From: Octopus vulgaris
Lineage: Eukaryota
NCBI GenBank assembly: GCA_951406725.2
Contig: OX597814.1
Span: forward strand, 128,340,001-128,404,000
Direction: 5' to 3'
DNA length: 64,000 nt
A model generated the notes under the pieces. That model ran no database searches and was not told the origin of the DNA. It saw only the letters and a list, made by a program, of their open reading frames with translations. Below are positions 12,673 to 24,515 of the stretch, in pieces (the first letter of the stretch is position 1; each line of letters starts with the position of its first letter). Position numbers and translations under genes: made by a program.

Positions 12673-13199
12673 GCTAGCTAGATAGATAGATTAATTGATT
12701 GGTTGACTGATTTAGTTTACAGTTGTACGACGTTATAGGAATTGCAAGTCAAAATATATTCGTGAATCCTTAGAAATTTCCAATCAAATCTCCCTCATGT
12801 CACGCTTTGCCGTCTTAGAAAAATTAATCAGATCATTTACTTTCTCATTTACAAGACACTTTGATGTTTGTCGATAGAACTAGTGACAGCTCCAGCGTTT
12901 TCCACAATCCAGTGAAAGTTTTTATATAAGCAGTGCTCTAAAGTGTTATGAAAAAAATAAAATTCAGTGTCACTTTTTAATGTAATTACAAAGTTACACC
13001 AACAACAAAACATGAGACATGAAAAATAACAGCCCCACAAAATGCATACCGGTAATTCTCCTGTACCGGTATTTTACCGAAAAACAAAGAATGTTGTCTT
13101 TAAAATTCAAGTTTTCAGTTGTTCATTTATGACAATTGTGTCTAACTTTCGCAGTCCATGAAATTTCACAGATAAACCGTAATTATATCTGTAGCGTAT

Positions 13200-14020
13200 A
13201 ACCAATCGGAGCTCCAAAATAAGAGCCTTTTTCTCAACCCTGTTGTACCTAATGTTCATTATAAAAACTCACCTTCTCCTCGTCTCGATGTCTTTGGTTC
13301 CAGACCTCGTAAGGTCTAACCAATGACCACACAAGACACAGCCAGTTCCAGCGACAACACCAGACGACAATACTTGTCCAACAGCAAAACGCCCAAGTTT
13401 CAACACAGCACTGTTCGTGAATTATTTCACCATGGTTTAACAGCAAAGACACAACCTGCGAGCCAGACGACAGCACCCGTCCAACAGCATTACGGCAATC
13501 TCTTTCTTCGTCGCTACCGTCTTCTTAACGACGTCAAAAATATCCCAAAGTACACAGCTCAATCAGCAACACTGCACAGGTTCTAACATAACACTGTTTG
13601 TGAATTACTTCACCATGGTTAACAGCGAACATATTACCTGCGAGAACCCCTGTACAAGTGACCCAGGCAGTAGCATTACAGCCACAACTTCGTGCGACAT
13701 GTACCGCAACTTGCTCTGCATCATCGCCGCAACTTCTTGATACAGTATTTCAACTACCATGTACAATTGACTACGAAGCTGGTATTTCTCATTGTTGTGT
13801 CAATGAACATTCGTCTAAATTCTCATTATAGACACTTTCACTTTCTCCGTCATTGTTATTCTTATATGTACTTAACGCACATGCATACATCTATGTATAA
13901 ACACACATACACTTTGTTCTCATGACGGCCTATCTATTGTTCTGTATACATGACCCATACACAGACACTAAAGTTAACATATCAATAAAACTTCTCTTTC
14001 AAACATTCTACTCGGTTGTG

Positions 14021-14054
<34 letters not shown>

Positions 14055-14175
14055 CAAGTGGCACATTATATGCATTATTCCAACCTTCTGAAGAGAGTCG
14101 TTTTCAGATGGATTCACCATCTGAGATTCACCATCTGGTGACCCGACGTAGAACACGCACTACGACGTCCATTTA
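13200..14175 (+). mobile_element. Possible Penelope-like 3' region with an internal direct repeat and a degenerate hammerhead core
   Basis: CA-rich segment with a repeat at 13408-13462 / 13590-13645; cuuCUGAAGA GAGUC...GACCC GA CGUA at about 14085-14152. Confidence 0.3.
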
Positions 14176-14180
14176 AATAT

Positions 14181-14489
14181 CTAAAGCTTGAAAAACCTGG
14201 CTTCACACCTCGTACTGCTCGCAGGCAACGTTACAGCAATTTGAAGCCATTTTAACAGTTCATAGATGGTTTCACTATAGGGTAGTAAAAACTTAAGTAT
14301 ATCCATTAGTGAATTCAAAGTATGTATCTTCCGCTCCTTGAGACGTTTTGCCCTGTAGTACTCTGCCTTCAGGTGCTCCAACTTTAACCTTTCTATTTCT
14401 TTTATGAATTCAGACCAAAAATAATTGTCTTCGTTGAACGAATTCATCTCAATTTCAACCAGTATAGTTTTCGTGGTGTTGGGGACCAC
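14181..14489 (-). pseudogene. hAT transposase C-terminal dimerization-domain fragment
   Basis: YELLKWLQIAVTLPASSTRCEARFFKL matches the hAT LTLPxSSAxCERxFSKL motif. Confidence 0.7.
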
Positions 14490-14689
14490 CTAACACAGCT
14501 TCTGCACCACTATGATGATATTATAACGATATTGATTCATAAGGACAATGTGTGAATGTATGTACGACTTGAGATGAAAATGAACTGGTAAGCGATGATT
14601 TATTCTCAGTTATAAAATACAATGATTGCCATACATGAAATAAATAACGTAACAGGTTACAACAAAGATGTATGAGAGGCTTCGTAGCT

Positions 14690-15960
14690 AGGGTGGACTG
14701 TTGATCTTGTAGACAAAGTTGACGTACTGTTAGTGGTGTGAAGAGGCAGCTACAGAATTGGGTTAAATGTTTCCTGAGAAACAGAACCTTTTATGTTGAG
14801 ATTGCTGGGGTTTACAGAAGACTAACAAAAGCCCCAGGGTATTGCATTGGAATTATTTCTACTCATCATTCGCAGAGACGACTCTGCAAATGTCATCCAA
14901 TATAGTGAAATAGAAATCGTTGTAGATGATTCTAAACTCCAGAAAAATAATTAAAGAAGTTATTAAGTATTTGATAGACCAGAACTCCAATCTCAACTCT
15001 GTGCTGTGATTCGATGGACGAAAAAGCATATATTGCTAAACGAGAAAAAATTTGGACGCATTGACTTTGGAAAAGTGAATTTATTTAAAACAATTATATT
15101 CTCTTGCCTCGTGACAACTTCTCGTAGCGTCAAATAATATCAGATTTAGGTATAATTGTAGGTAACAATATAAGGCCGAGTGCACATAGCAAGTCAAAAT
15201 ATATTCGAGAATCCTTAGAAATTTCCAATCAAGAAATTCTTATTTCTTTACTGCCCACAAGGGGCTACACACAGAGGGGACAAACAAGGACAGACAAACG
15301 GATTAAGTCGATTATATCTATCCCAGTGTGTAACTGGTACTCATTTAATCGACCCCGAAAGGATGAAAGGCAAAGTTGACCTCGGCGGAATTTGAACTCA
15401 GAACGTAGCGGCAAACGAAATACCTATTTCTTTACTACCCACAAAGGGCTAAACACAGAGGAGACAAACAAGGACAGACAGACGGATTAAGTCGATTATA
15501 TCGACCCCAGTGCGTAACTGGTAATTATTTATCGACCCAGAAAGGATGAAAGGCAAAGTCGACCTCAGCGGAATTTGAACTCAGAACGTAATGGCAGACG
15601 AAGTACTGCTAAGCATTTCGCTCAGCGTGCTAACGTTTCTGCCAGCTCGCCGCCATTAAGAAATTCTGTCACTATTATCATTCTTTTCTCTATATTTGCT
15701 AGGTCCCACCTTGAATACTACTGCTCGTTGTGGTTTTCCAATGCAAAGCAAAATATCATGAGAGTTGAAATACTCCGAGGTCGTTCATAAAATAAATAAA
15801 TAGATAAATATGGCATGAAATGTCTTGGATATTTGGATCTCCTCAAAAAGCTGAAACTCTATTCTCTGTCAATACCATCTTGGGCGCTACATTATTTGTC
15901 CAATATGGAAAATACTCCATCAACAATGTCCAAACGCTGCCGATATCAAGTTGGTGGGCC
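14690..15960 (+). mobile_element. Degraded CR1-group LINE reverse-transcriptase fragment, interrupted by a SINE dimer
   Basis: Remnants FLRNRTF, PQG, VDDSKL and ARSHLEYYCSLW (CR1-type RPHLEY..W). Confidence 0.65.
15241..15657 (-). mobile_element. Dimeric family A SINE (tail A + tail A)
   Basis: Two bodies joined at cgaaatacc|tatttcttt; 10-bp TSD aagaaattct at 15231-15240 and 15658-15667. Confidence 0.9.
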
Positions 15961-16049
15961 AAAACATGACTTAAAAGATTTCTCCAAATGATGCTATTAA
16001 GCGAGATATGGTGAATGCCAATACGGCGGAAGCCTAAATTTTATTCACA

Positions 16050-16529
16050 CCTATGTATGTATGTATATATGTGTGATGAACGTATGTACGTACGTACGTA
16101 CGTACGTACATACGTATGTATGTATGTATGCATGTATGTATGTATGTATGTATGTATTTATGTATGTATGCATGCATGCATGTATGTGTGTGTATGTATG
16201 TATATATGTGTGATGAACATATGTATATGTATGTGATGAACGTATGTACGTACGTACGTATGAATGTATGCATGTTCGTATGTATGTATGTATGTATGTA
16301 TGTATGTTTGTATATATGTATGTATGTATGCATGTTCATATGTATGTATGTATATATGTATGTATGTATGTACGTACGTACGTATGTATGTATGTATGTA
16401 TGTATGTATGTATGTATGTATGTATGTATGCATGCATGCATGTATGTATGTATGTATGTATGCATGCATCCATGCATGCATGTATGTATGTATGTATGTA
16501 TGTTTGTATATATGTATGTATGCATGTTC

Positions 16530-16560
<31 letters not shown>

Positions 16561-16605
16561 TGTATGTATGTATGTATGTATGTATGTATGTATGTGTGTA
16601 TATAT
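16050..16605. repeat. (TATG)n degenerate microsatellite
   Basis: Direct observation; it accounts for the YVCM/HTYI ORFs. Confidence 0.95.
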
Positions 16606-16777
16606 CTGAGTATGCATACTCATAGCGCGAAAGCACACACCCACCACTCAATTTTGATTCTTTTTTTGTTTTCAAATTAGAAGAATTAAGAGTGGATCCA
16701 TTTAAGAAATGAGAAGTTACCTCCGGTCGCAATTCAAGCTACACCCATATATATATATATATATGTATGTTTGTGTA

Positions 16778-16835
<58 letters not shown>

Positions 16836-17028
16836 ACTAGTAAAACAAACAGGATAAATGTAATTCAACATATGACATATGTACGTATATGTGTGTGTGT
16901 GTGTGTACGTGTGTATGTATCATACATACACACATATATTGCTACACAAACATACGTATATATGCATACACATACACAAAGAAACCCAGACGTACGCACA
17001 CCCATGCATACACTTTCATGTAAGTATG

Positions 17029-17485
17029 TCATTATTCAGTTTTATTTCAAGATTTTTTTTGTCAACAGTGAAAGTGCCAGTTTCTAACCTAGATCCAAGG
17101 CTCCTTCATTGGAACTTCAAAAACATGTGTAGATTTGTATGTTTTGTTTTATGTATGTATTCTCATGCATATACTTGCTTGTCTAGACATGCACATATAT
17201 ACTTAATTTCTAAACTTCTGGAAAGTTTTACAGATTTTTACAATTCCAGTGATGGATTGGATCTGTAGTCTTCGAATCAGCTTTCTCCTTTCTGGTTTTG
17301 AGAAGCCTAATTTCTCAGATTGGTACTTAGGTTGTATGTTACATATCCCAGGGCTCCAATAATTAAAGGTATAAACTCAAACTTGTAATTTGAGTAGAGC
17401 AACTGTATATTTCTCAATAGTTCAGCGTAGGTATTTTCTTTATTGCTGATCTTTAGCTTTCTGTGAACATCCACTGTGCAGCTGG
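17029..17485 (-). mobile_element. 5'-truncated RLE-type (R4/Dong-like) non-LTR retroelement within (CATA)n
   Basis: SCTVDVH..KISNKENTYAELLRNIQLLYSNYKFEFIPLIIGALG (RLE C-terminus); the 3' end aaataaaactgaataatga is followed by catac...; the 5' end abuts (CATA)n. Confidence 0.75.
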
Positions 17486-17486
17486 C

Positions 17487-17525
17487 ATGCATGTATGTAT
17501 GTATGTATGTATGTATGTATGTATG

Positions 17526-17556
<31 letters not shown>

Positions 17557-17630
17557 GTATGTATGTATGTGTGTGTATGTATGTATGTATGTATGGATGG
17601 ATGGATGGATGGATTGATGGATGGATGTAT
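17487..17630. repeat. (TATG)n/(GGAT)n microsatellite
   Basis: Direct observation. Confidence 0.95.
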
Positions 17631-18098
17631 GTCACTTCACTTTTAGTACTATTGGTAACATAAAATAACCCAGAACCTGTCGCATGGCAACCCTACCACT
17701 TGGATACTTTGCAGGACGAAAAACAAAAGCTGTGAAAGGACGGATAAACTCAGTAGAGTCAACGGTAAACTAAAAGTTGTGAGTTAGTGACCAATAGTCT
17801 TTGTTTAGATATCTCTGTTGGAGAAGGAAAACTTTGATGTAAATTCTGAGACTACGTTTGCTTCCGATTGTGTAAACAAGTTCTTCATTCTGAGCAACTG
17901 CATGCATTGTTTAGAGAGTGAGACTGACCCTGTTTAAGCCCTTTCCTTACTTTAGAGAGTTTCGTGTACAAGCATCTCTGTTATGTGTTACATACTATAG
18001 GGATTCGAACCTCAACCACAAGATATTCAGTTAGGGATCACGAGCAAGCTACCACTGTTTCACGTGATTGATCTATAACTCGACCCATCAGACGAAGC

Positions 18099-18372
18099 TG
18101 TGGTGTGATATGGCCCCTCGGATGATCTAAAATTCGCCCCCTTTTCACCCTATAAAAATCGTTTGGCGCCTCACTCAGCCAGACAGCCTCAGGCATTCGC
18201 AGAAACCACCTCGGGCACTAACAGATGGCCGACCGTTAAGACCAGACCACCTCGGGCACTCGGACAGACCACTCGAGCAATAAACGACTTTAGACTCCCA
18301 CACGATGTACCATAGGTAGCCTTCTACAGACACAGTGCGGTCCTCTCCTCCCAGTCGGTGGTTATATTAACA
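18099..18372 (+). mobile_element. Solo LTR
   Basis: TG...CA termini, TATAAAA and a downstream AATAAA, 5-bp flanks gaagc/gaatc. Confidence 0.6.
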
Positions 18373-18740
18373 GAATCTTTCTTTTGTAAATAACTAACAT
18401 AGAAAATCATGTCCAGCAATAAATAAATATAGTAAAAGTTAAAAATTCTTAAATTTGCTTCTTTTAACAAATATACAGTCGGTTAGACCACAAGACAATG
18501 CTCTTCAACAATACAACACATATCCAACAAGCAACTACCACGACAATGGTGGGCATGCAATCTTACGACAATAGTAACCCAAAGCATCCTCGCGACATCG
18601 TAGCTGAAATATGAAGAAATGAGAAGGTATGTATCAGCTTAGGTGTATCGTTACCACATCTGTGCTGCTCATATTTTAAGAGAAGAATCAAATGATGGGA
18701 TTGCGCGAAATCGAATTGCAGTCACCTTGTGTGTGTAATT

Positions 18741-19035
18741 GGCACTCCGTCGTTTACGACGTCGAGGGTTCCAGTTGATCCGAATCAACGGAACAGCCTG
18801 CTCGTGAAATTAACGTACAAGTGGCTGAGCACTCCCCAAATACGTGTACCCTTAAAGCAGTTCTCAGGGAGATTCAGCGTGATACAGAGTGTGACAAGGA
18901 TGGTCCTTTGAAATACAGGCAGAACTCATTTTAACTAGCTGAGTGGGCTGGAGCAACGTGAAATAAAGTGTCTTGCTCAATGACAACTCACGACATTACG
19001 ATCGTGAGACAAATATCTTAAGCACTTGGCCACAC
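18741..19035 (-). mobile_element. SINE with the ccctcgtcgtcgtaaccgacggagtgc-type tail
   Basis: Homologous to 41190-41363 and 49249-49568. Confidence 0.8.
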
Positions 19036-19089
<54 letters not shown>

Positions 19090-19091
<2 letters not shown>

Positions 19092-19322
19092 TTTTATCTT
19101 TTATTTTTTTACTGGTTTCGTTCATTAGACAGCGGCCATGCTGCAGCACTGCCTTAAGGAGTTTTAGTCGAATGAATCAATTCCAGTACTTTTAAAGCCT
19201 GGTACTCAGCTGAACTGCTAAGTTATGGGGACGTAAACATACCAGCACCGGTTGTCAAGCGGTGGCGGTGGGACAAATACACACACACATACGTACACAA
19301 ACACACAAAATACACACATACA

Positions 19323-19383
<61 letters not shown>
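19090..19383 (-). mobile_element. Family B SINE 3' module and its internal (CA)n
   Basis: gcggccatgctgcagcac...gctaagttatggggacgtaaac...gggacaaa then (CA)n. Confidence 0.8.
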
Positions 19384-19387
<4 letters not shown>

Positions 19388-20885
19388 GTGCGATGGATAA
19401 ATTGACGCTATTTTATATGTTTAATTTTGTGTACGCGCATTGTTTATTTTCAGTTTTGTTGACTAGGGATAGCTGAGCATTGTCTGTGAAAAAAACAGCA
19501 CCATGACGCAATTCACTCTGCCAGAAATTTGGAAACTACATGCTGTACTACTTGGCATTGGCGCCAGAAGCTCCAATACGAACATTTTAGAGTATTTGGG
19601 TGTCAGTCTGAGGACAGTGCAGAGGATTTGGAAAGAGTTGGATGAGTCTGATGGGGATTACGAACGCACGGTAGCTCAGAAAACTCACTTTGACCGTTCC
19701 GATAAGAAAAGAATTCCTGGATTTTTTGGTGAGATCCAGGCCATGGTTGAAAATGATCCCTCCAAGTCAATCAGGTCCATTACCAAGTACATGGGAATTT
19801 CTGAGTTTCTTATCAAGCAGGTAGTGCATGAAGACATTCAGTATTCCTCATACAAGATGAGAAAGGGCCAATTTTTATCCCAAGCCATCAAGGACAAGGG
19901 TAAAGACCGTGCTACGAAGCTTTTGAACAAACTCAAGCATCCCCTCCAACTGAACATGCCTTGGTTTTTCTCAGACGAGAAAAAATTCTGCCAGGATCAG
20001 ATTGTGAACAACTGTTGGCTTGCTTTGTCAGAACAACTGTTGGCTTGCTTTGTCCCAAAAATATGTACCGAAAGTGATAAAAATAAAATATCCAGTCAAC
20101 ATCATGGTGTTTGGAGTGATGACTAGTGACGGCGAAGTTATGCCTCCATACATCATCTAACACGGCCTCAGACACAACACGGAAGCCTACATCAAGTATT
20201 ATGGAGGAAGTAGTGCTGCCCTGGGTCAGATGGTGGCTGCTGGAAGACCCTATGTCTGACAACAGGACACTGCACCATGTCACACAAGTAGGAGACTCCA
20301 GTCATGGATGTCAGACAATTTCTACGACCACATCACCCCTAACATCTGGCCACCTAACTCTCTTGACTGCAACCTTCTTAATTATTATGTGTGGGGCACA
20401 GTTGAGAGAGAGACCAACAAAACTCCTTGTAACACCAAAGATGAACTGAAGGCAAGGATTATGGCAGCATTCACCAACTTAAACAAGGAGATCGCCCAGA
20501 AGAGTTGCAGGAGATTCCGAAGTCATCTGGAGGCCGTGGTTGAAGTGAAAGGCGATTTTATTGAATAAATTTGCTTTTTAGTATTTCAAGATATTTTAAT
20601 GTAATTTTGGTAAATATATATGTTAAAATGAGGTGTCAGTGTTATTTTCATTTTTGCGTAATTTAGACCAGTGCTACTCAAAGTGGTGGTCCGCGGACCG
20701 GTGCCGGTCCGTAAGCCATCAGCTGCTGGTGCGCGGCGAGTTCCAGAAAAGAAAGAAACATTATAAAATGCTTATGTAATATTGTATTATTTGTTTACAA
20801 AATAAATAAAAGATAAAATATGTTAACTTTTATTATATTCATTATATATATTGTTTCCGGTATAAATTAATATTACTAAGAAATA

Positions 20886-21118
20886 AGGGCAGCGAGCTGG
20901 CAGAATCGTTAGCACGCCGGGCGAAATGCTTAGTGGTATTTCGTCTACCGCTACGTTCTGAGTTCAAATTCCGCCGAGGTTGACTTTGCCTTTCATCCTT
21001 TCGGGGTCGATTAAATAAGTACCAGTTACGCACTGGGGTCGATGTAATCGACTTAATCCCTTTGTTTGTCCTTGTTTGTCCCCTCTGTGTTTAGGCCCCT
21101 GTGGGCAATAAAGAAATA
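20886..21118 (+). mobile_element. Family A SINE nested in the hAT MITE
   Basis: 17-bp TSD aatattactaagaaata at 20869-20885 and 21119-21135. Confidence 0.9.
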
Positions 21119-21190
21119 AATATTACTAAGAAATATTACACATTGGAAAAAAACTGCTGATACGCCACATCATATAGTTTGAGAAGCACT

Positions 21191-21893
21191 TATAGTGGAT
21201 CTTGCATGCATGAAGTGGATTCGATCCACCACAGCCAAATTTAAATTAACACTTCAACAGAACTTTTCCCACGGTGGAACAATGGTTTTTCTGTGACAGC
21301 AGTTTGACATTCGCCAGATTGCCGTTGGCTAGGCCCAAATAATGCCTTCCCCACTTGACCCTTTCTAGCCTCTTCTACTTCACCAAAAGCTAGAATAGAG
21401 ATAACAAGACCACCAACTAAAGCTATTGTTCTCAATGATATATCTATCCTTCTGGGTAGTTATAAAAGCAAGCACGCCCCAAGCAAAAATTAGTTAGTCA
21501 CAGTTGGTGACAACGAAATCTGGCTGACCAACCTTGGTCAGAGGGAGAAATGAAATTTACTATCAGCAACTGTGAGACAACGTCCCACAACCCTACAACT
21601 CTCACTAGTTCTAATTCTGTTCTCTTACAACATCATTCTATCTCTCTCTGTAATTACTACTAAACAATGAAGAGGACACAAACAAACTTTACTTCGCATG
21701 CTTTTGGATTTATTATAACCTGCCCGTCGAGGCAAGGTATTGTAACGTAACGGTAAATAAATATTTCCTTAAAACATCGTGCATTGTTCATCTTTCACAT
21801 CTTACAACTTGCCGTCCTAACAACAAATTTTTATCGTTACAACTGCTGACTCCGACATTTCATAATGTTTACAAATCAATTTCTCCCGCTACA
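21191..21893 (+). mobile_element. Solo LTR (probably Gypsy-type) inserted in the right TIR of the hAT MITE
   Basis: Termini tatagtgg (decayed tgtagcgg) ... ccgctaca; 4-bp TSD cact at 21187-21190 and 21894-21897; TATAAAA and AATAAA inside. Confidence 0.75.
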
Positions 21894-21926
21894 CACTGAT
21901 TTAGACGACAATTTATTCACCGCACC

Positions 21927-21967
<41 letters not shown>

Positions 21968-22800
21968 TGCGCGCGCTCACACACACACTCACTCATCCAC
22001 TCACATGTGCATGCTTGAGCATGCTTTGTTTATTTTGTGGTAGGGAAACAAAAATTGTATTGTGTGTGATACTTGTTTGTTATATGCCAGGTAAACAGTA
22101 ACACAGTATTACGTACTTAAATTTCGTACAATCTTCCTTGCTGTCGTCTGTCATCATCGGTGAACCCAAAGGGATTGATAATGACTGAACGCCTTAAGAT
22201 TGCTACGTTCATATTATGACGTCAATCCCTATTCGTCATGCGTCAGGGAGTTCTGTCTTAATGTTCGTGAACTTTAAGCGTGGGCATACATCAACCGGTC
22301 AAAATTTGCTCAGTTATTTAATTTAGGATTGGAGAGGATTGGCCGACGATTTGACGCGTATTGTATGACAGTGGTCGCTATACTCTAATTCATTTCTAAA
22401 CATTGGTGCTTTGTCTAGTATTTTATATATATATATATATAATCTTGTGTCTACCAGAAAATCACAGAAGAGGGTAGGCTATTAATTATGAGAGTAAAAA
22501 TTTACCCCGTTATTTTCAAAGTAAGGCTGCGAATAAAATTTAATATCAGAAAATTAGTAAAAATAAAGCATTCAGGAAGTAATATATAACCAGCTTTGAC
22601 AATAGAAATAAAGAAAGAAAAAGCGTGGAGTTGAAATTCTACGACTTGGATTTAAGATAACAAACCGACTAATTTAACCTTACAACAGATTCTAGGAAAA
22701 AAACTCTTACTGCTTATATGAAATTGAATATTGGAAGAAGCTGGACGAATGAATACAATAGCAGGCAACCAAATGACTGATCCTATTTTATAAATTGTTT

Positions 22801-23010
22801 AAGGCGGCGAGGTGGCAGAATCGTTACCGTGCAGGGCAAAATGCTTAGCAATATTTCGTCTGTCTTTTTGTTCTGAGTTCAAATTCTGCCGAGGTCGACT
22901 TTGACTTTCATCCTTTCGGGGTCGATAGAATAAGTAGCAGTTGAGTACTGGTTCGATGTAACCGACTTATCCACGAAACTGCTGGCCTTGTGCCAAAATT
23001 TGGAATCGAT
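22801..23010 (+). mobile_element. Family A SINE
   Basis: aaggcggcgaggtggcagaatcg head plus core. Confidence 0.85.
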
Positions 23011-23460
23011 ATTTTATAAACCGCCTTCGACACTCCTCCCATGACCAAGTCTTTTAATTCTATTATGACCCAGTACACTTAGCTGACATAGGGAGTCAGT
23101 ATTCTAGGCAATCGCTGTGATGTAGAATACGGTGCCAGATAACCAACGGAATGATCGATATTTAATAACCTGTCATTGACTCTCTCCCCATGACCAAAGT
23201 TCTTAACTATTTAATGACTCGACATTGCCGAAGCTCTTGGCAATCGCTGTGGTGGAAAATTGATAAATGGTGTGTTAGCCAACAGTGCTTACCTTCAACT
23301 CGGGTGATTCTGAAGAAGACGGTTTTTTACTCGCCCTCAGATCAAAGTTTCTGACACATCTCGATTAACCTTGTCGTTCAGTCTAAATCTAATTATAGGT
23401 TTCAAGCAACAATCTATTCTGTGCTAAAATTCGCTACATACAAACAACCATCAATAAAGG

Positions 23461-23626
23461 CAGGACCGTTTTCAGGCAAAGGTACACTGGGCAGTGGCCC
23501 GGGAGCTTCAAAAGTCTTGGGACCCATCGAACCTATGTACGTTATGGTTTACTGTTAATAAGTAAATACTATCGGACACATGCGTTGATTTGCCCGGAGG
23601 CCTATAATACAGCTACGACGACCCTG
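23461..23626 (+). mobile_element. hAT (Tip100-like) MITE
   Basis: Termini caggaccgt / acgaccctg; 8-bp TSD aataaagg/agtaaagg; related copy at 56710-56875. Confidence 0.7.
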
Positions 23627-24095
23627 AGTAAAGGGACTTTCCCCGCGAAAATAATATTGAACATTTAAGAAGTGGAACCGAAGTTACGGGTAGTATGATG
23701 ACATAACGAAAATACTCTATCGTATTCTAATTTGAATCGTGTTCAAACAGAAATATTGAATTGTCGTCTGAAAAAATTCCATCGCCATCACACTGAGTTC
23801 AGCTCATCACCATGGCATTAGCTTGTTTCTACTCTTCTGATCAAACCAGTGAAAAAAGAAATTTCGTCAAAGTTAGTATATTGCTTGCTTCAAAATATAA
23901 ATTAACAAATTTCAGCTAAAAGTGTAATGTCTTATTTCACTAGATAATGCGACTGTCTTCCAACATTAAAAATTCCAGAATTATTTTTAATTAATTAACC
24001 TGAGAAAGAGATATAACGCCTTCCGAAACTGATGAGGAAGGTGTGAAGTGAAGCGGGTGCGTGATAAAGAAAGAAACTTGCAGAGATGTGTTTCT

Positions 24096-24515
24096 TATTT
24101 CTTTATTGTCCACAAGGGGCTAAACATAGAGGGGACAAACAAGGACAGACAAACAGATTAAGTCGATTAGATCGACTCCAGTGCGTAACTGGTACTTAAT
24201 TTATCGACCCCGAAAGGATGAAAGGCCAAGTCGACCTCGGCGGAATTTGAACTCAGAACGTAATGGCAGAAGAAATACCTATTTCTATTTCTTTACTACT
24301 CACAAGGAGCTAAACACAGAGAGGACAAACAAGGATAGACAAACGGATTAAGCCGATTATATCGACTCCAGTGCGTAACTGGTACTTAATTTATCGACCC
24401 CGAAAGGATGAAAGGCAAAGTCGACCTCGGCGGAATTTGGACTCAGAACGTAACGGCAGACAAAATACGGCGAAGCGTTTCGCCCGGCGTGCTAACGTTT
24501 CTGCCAGCTCGCCGC
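24096..24515 (-). mobile_element. Dimeric family A SINE
   Basis: Same dimer junction; 15-bp TSD cagaga(t/c)gtgtttct at 24081-24095 and 24516-24530. Confidence 0.9.

Larger units (their letters stand above)
20669..21898 (+). mobile_element. hAT (Charlie-like) MITE nested in the maT element
   Basis: TIR cagtgctactcaaa / tttgagaagcact+g; 8-bp TSD atttagac at 20661-20668 and 21899-21906. Confidence 0.85.
19384..21929 (+). mobile_element. maT/DD37D-type Tc1/mariner transposon, degraded and interrupted by nested elements
   Basis: TIRs cagggtgcgatggataaattg / caatttattcaccgcaccct; ORF pieces 19503-20568 with FFSDEKKF and QQD-x37-N (WPPNSLDCNLLNY), where the third D is mutated. Confidence 0.85.

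Noticed and set aside
16034-16732. Long ORFs (up to 232 aa) rich in YVCM/HTYI, also at 9.9-10.9 kb, 54 kb and 62.8-63.9 kb
   Set aside because: They are translations of stop-free (TATG)n/(TA)n/(CA)n microsatellites.
17680-17950. Possible RTE 5' UTR with an HDV-like ribozyme (ggagaaggaaaact motif)
   Set aside because: Too degraded to assign the nested pseudoknot by eye.
20669-21898. Apparent hAT element using a cryptic right end and capturing 700 bp of flank
   Set aside because: It is better explained by a solo LTR with a 4-bp cact TSD inserted in the right TIR.
24028-24045. CTGATGAG motif
   Set aside because: There is no downstream stem II, GAAA or stem I, so it is not a hammerhead.
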